From positions 39,383 to 103,382 of the forward strand of contig JBMNVB010000005.1 of the NCBI GenBank assembly GCA_050946575.1: 64,000 nt of DNA. The letters run 5' to 3'. Position 1 is the stretch's first letter. Every line of letters starts with the position of its first letter. This DNA comes from Anaerovoracaceae bacterium. GTDB lineage: Bacteria > Bacillota > Clostridia > Peptostreptococcales > Anaerovoracaceae. Shown piece by piece: positions 61,883 to 64,000 of the stretch. The notes under the pieces were generated by a model. That model saw only the letters and a program-made list of their open reading frames with translations. It was not told the origin of the DNA and searched no databases. A program made the translations under genes and the position numbers.

Positions 61883-63670
61883 ATGGATACGGGGAAACGC
61901 ATACGCACAGCGGTACTTGCCGCGATCGTCGCGGTCTCGATGCTTGTGCCGCAGGTATCTTTCGCGGCCGCTGCGGACGACGGCGATGAACTTCCGGATC
62001 AGGCCGGATACACGCAGTCTCTGTGGAAATGGACATTCAGCGGGACGTCGGGAGGAACGTGGCAGAACGCCGTGACTCCGCCGGCTCTCATAAACGGCAG
62101 CATTTACGTTGCGGCCGGGGACAGGGTATATAAACTGGACGCGGAGACAGGAGAACAGGAAGCGAAGTCTCCTGATTTAGGAACGGCGCCGGCGTTCGGA
62201 TACGCGACGCAGCCGGTCACGTCCGACAGCGACGGAAATATCTATACGACGACGCAGCAGACCGAGAACGGCGTCACGACAACACATGTCGTGAAACTGA
62301 CGTCGGATCTTTCTTCGATATCCTGGACGAGCAGTGAAGGCATCACGGGGCAGAACATCTCGCCGGTCACATACATAAACGGCAGGATATACACCGGCAC
62401 ATTCACGAACACGAGCGGCGGAACGTATCAATGCATTGATGCGGAAAGCGGAGATACTGTGTGGACTGTGAAGAACGACGGCGGGTTCTACTGGTGCGGA
62501 GCCGCGGAGGTGAACGACAGTCAGGTCGTGTTCGGAAGTGAGGACGGCACGGTATATTCTGTTTCCGAGACAGCGGACAGCGCGGACGACATAGAGACGC
62601 TCACGCTTGAGGGCAGCATTGTCCGCAGCACGCCGGCTGTTTCGGGCAGCAATGTTTACATAACAACTAAATCGGAGACGGCGACCGCGAACATATACAG
62701 ACTTTCCGTCGGCGATGACGGATCTCTTACACAGGATGCGGCGGCGTCCTTCGGGGATTCCGTGAACACGCCGGTGATCTGCGACGGATATGTTTTCGCC
62801 GGGAATTCCGACGGAGAGGTCGCGGTATTCGACAGCGACCTGAACAAAAAGGCTTCCGCGAGCGCACCGGCATCCGTGCAGGGAGAGATGCTGGTGAGCG
62901 GCGGCAGCGGGAGCGGCTATTCGGCATACGTCACATATAATGCCAAGCCGGGAGGGATCGGTCTGGTTAAATTCAGCGCGGATCTTTCGGACGCGGAGTA
63001 CAGTTCGCTGTATAATCCGCTGGAATCGCAGTACTGCATATCGCCGGTCATAAGCGGGAACGGAGTCCTGTATTACAAGAACGATTCGAACACGATATTC
63101 GCCGTAAAGACAGGAGATCCGGACCGGTCACTGCTGAAGAATCTGAAGGCCGCGTCGCTCTCCTACAAATCGATCAGGATTTACTGGACGAAGCGCGATA
63201 ATGTGTCAAGATACGATATTTACAGATCGACATCGAAAACAGGCAAATATACAAAAGTGAAATCGCTGTCGGGAACGTCCGGGTTATTCACCGACACGAA
63301 TGTCACGTGCGGCCGCGCATATTATTACAAAGTGCGCGCGCAGCTTATCAGCGGGAAATACACCTCGATGACGGGCCCCGTTTCCGCGGTGCCGGTAGTG
63401 GCCGCGCCGAAGCTGTACGCGTACGCGGGGACAGCGAGCGTCACTCTTAAATGGTCGAAAGCGTACGGGGCTTCCGGATACAGAGTGTTCCGGTCGACGA
63501 GCAGGAGCGGCAAATACTCCTGCGTATGCACGACGAAATCGAACACGTGGAAGAATTCGAAGCTTTCCCGCAGGAAGATCTACTATTACAAGGTAAGACC
63601 GTACAGAATGGTCGGGAAAAAGCGCATATACGGCAAGTGGTCGAACGTTGCATATAAAAAGACAAAATAA
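61883..63670 (+). CDS. Secreted PQQ-like beta-propeller repeat protein with two C-terminal FN3-like domains
   Basis: Signal peptide (AVLAAIVAVSMLVPQVSFAAA). Repeated beta-propeller blade motifs (GDRVYKLDAETGE, GTVYSVSE, GEVAVFDSD, NTIFAVK). C-terminal FN3-like pair resembling the tail of the S8 protease. Confidence 0.8.
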   Translation: MDTGKRIRTAVLAAIVAVSMLVPQVSFAAAADDGDELPDQAGYTQSLWKWTFSGTSGGTWQNAVTPPALINGSIYVAAGDRVYKLDAETGEQEAKSPDLGTAPAFGYATQPVTSDSDGNIYTTTQQTENGVTTTHVVKLTSDLSSISWTSSEGITGQNISPVTYINGRIYTGTFTNTSGGTYQCIDAESGDTVWTVKNDGGFYWCGAAEVNDSQVVFGSEDGTVYSVSETADSADDIETLTLEGSIVRSTPAVSGSNVYITTKSETATANIYRLSVGDDGSLTQDAAASFGDSVNTPVICDGYVFAGNSDGEVAVFDSDLNKKASASAPASVQGEMLVSGGSGSGYSAYVTYNAKPGGIGLVKFSADLSDAEYSSLYNPLESQYCISPVISGNGVLYYKNDSNTIFAVKTGDPDRSLLKNLKAASLSYKSIRIYWTKRDNVSRYDIYRSTSKTGKYTKVKSLSGTSGLFTDTNVTCGRAYYYKVRAQLISGKYTSMTGPVSAVPVVAAPKLYAYAGTASVTLKWSKAYGASGYRVFRSTSRSGKYSCVCTTKSNTWKNSKLSRRKIYYYKVRPYRMVGKKRIYGKWSNVAYKKTK

Positions 63671-63691
63671 CAGAAACTGAGGAGGGTAAAG

Positions 63692-64000
63692 ATGAAACAT
63701 ATTGCAGGAACATTAGTGTGTGCGCTCGCGCTGGTCATCGCGGCCGCATTCATGCCGCAGCCGGCCGAAGCCGCGGGCAGCAGCGCCACCGTGACATTCA
63801 CGTCATCCACGGAATGGGGATTCAATCTCCTGAACCGGAAGGTGACCGCGACCAGCGGACTCGTGGAGAAATACTATCCCGATATCGAGGAAAGCTCGGG
63901 AGTAACGGCCGGAGACGTTCTCGTTGCCGCCCATATCCAGAAATACGGGAAGGCGTTCACGAATGATCCGACGGAATTCATGGAAATCGTGGACAGCGAT
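63692..64000 (+). CDS. Secreted protein, 5' partial (runs off the window)
   Basis: GAGGAGGG RBS and signal peptide MKHIAGTLVCALALVIAAAFMPQPAEA. The frame stays open to the window end; not listed in the ORF track because no stop is reached. Confidence 0.65.
   Translation, partial: MKHIAGTLVCALALVIAAAFMPQPAEAAGSSATVTFTSSTEWGFNLLNRKVTATSGLVEKYYPDIEESSGVTAGDVLVAAHIQKYGKAFTNDPTEFMEIVDSD

Noticed and set aside
1034-62440. Chi site or FtsK-orienting (KOPS) explanation for the GCATTGAT over-representation
   Set aside because: Those signals are strongly co-oriented with replication. Here the strand split is 28:21 within a single 64-kb stretch, with frequent inverted pairs. A strand-neutral role fits better. 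This still needs a genome-wide skew test.
1-64000. Search for prophage, integrase/transposase, toxin-antitoxin, restriction-modification or known defence-system genes
   Set aside because: None of the supported ORFs shows the corresponding motifs. The window is core-genome-like apart from the non-coding repeat arrays.

Overview
The window is a 64-kb chromosomal segment of a high-GC anaerobic Firmicute (Clostridia-like). This is suggested by FabK-type FAS II, PFOR, a glycyl-radical enzyme, Feo, AddB with Fe-S cysteines and GGAGG ribosome-binding sites. About 55 protein genes are supported, and most are housekeeping or metabolic:
- a GGDEF cyclase, two GNATs, an LtaS-family enzyme, a VanW/G5 protein, a secreted S8 protease, an MFS transporter and a CYTH protein
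- a fabK-fabD-fabG-fabF-X-fabZ-(MarR::FabK-like) operon
- addB, larE, mnmA, two tandem acyl-CoA ligases (one frameshifted), a racemase-family enzyme, greA and lysS
- an ABC-2 exporter, a TetR regulator divergent from a B12-binding radical SAM gene, MarR, DUF2148, a ferredoxin/CCG protein, a nitrilase-family enzyme and a DUF134::NifX-like fusion
- an aminotransferase, panB, abfD-like, nifJ, DUF2325, a DtxR-like repressor, feoA-feoA-feoB plus tiny membrane ORFs
- an aldehyde dehydrogenase, an orphan hypothetical, an XRE-cupin regulator, a GRE activase and GRE, thrH, and a B12-riboswitch-controlled secreted beta-propeller operon.

RNA elements are one tRNA-Thr(CGU) and three riboswitches: TPP, tandem glycine and cobalamin. 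I found no rRNA, CRISPR, prophage, transposase or recognisable defence genes.

The most unusual signals are at the DNA level:
1. The octamer GCATTGAT/ATCAATGC occurs at least 49 times, about one per 1.3 kb. I estimate 1-2 would be expected from base composition. It lies on both strands, in all reading frames of unrelated genes, and in intergenic hairpins. It looks like an uptake-signal or HIP1-like iterated motif.
2. A roughly 200-bp MITE-like element with GGTGGGG/CCCCACC hairpins is present in five copies, in two oversized GC-rich intergenic regions. Its central stem is built from an inverted pair of the same octamer.

Other leads:
- a MarR::FabK-like fusion that has lost the GGH motif histidine, next to a FabT-box-like operator
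- an orphan tandem glycine riboswitch
- a cobalamin-riboswitch-controlled surface beta-propeller, a candidate corrinoid-capture protein
- a GRE with an atypical Cys loop
- shared promoter-operator modules for a DtxR-like regulon.

All counts were made by eye and need computational confirmation.
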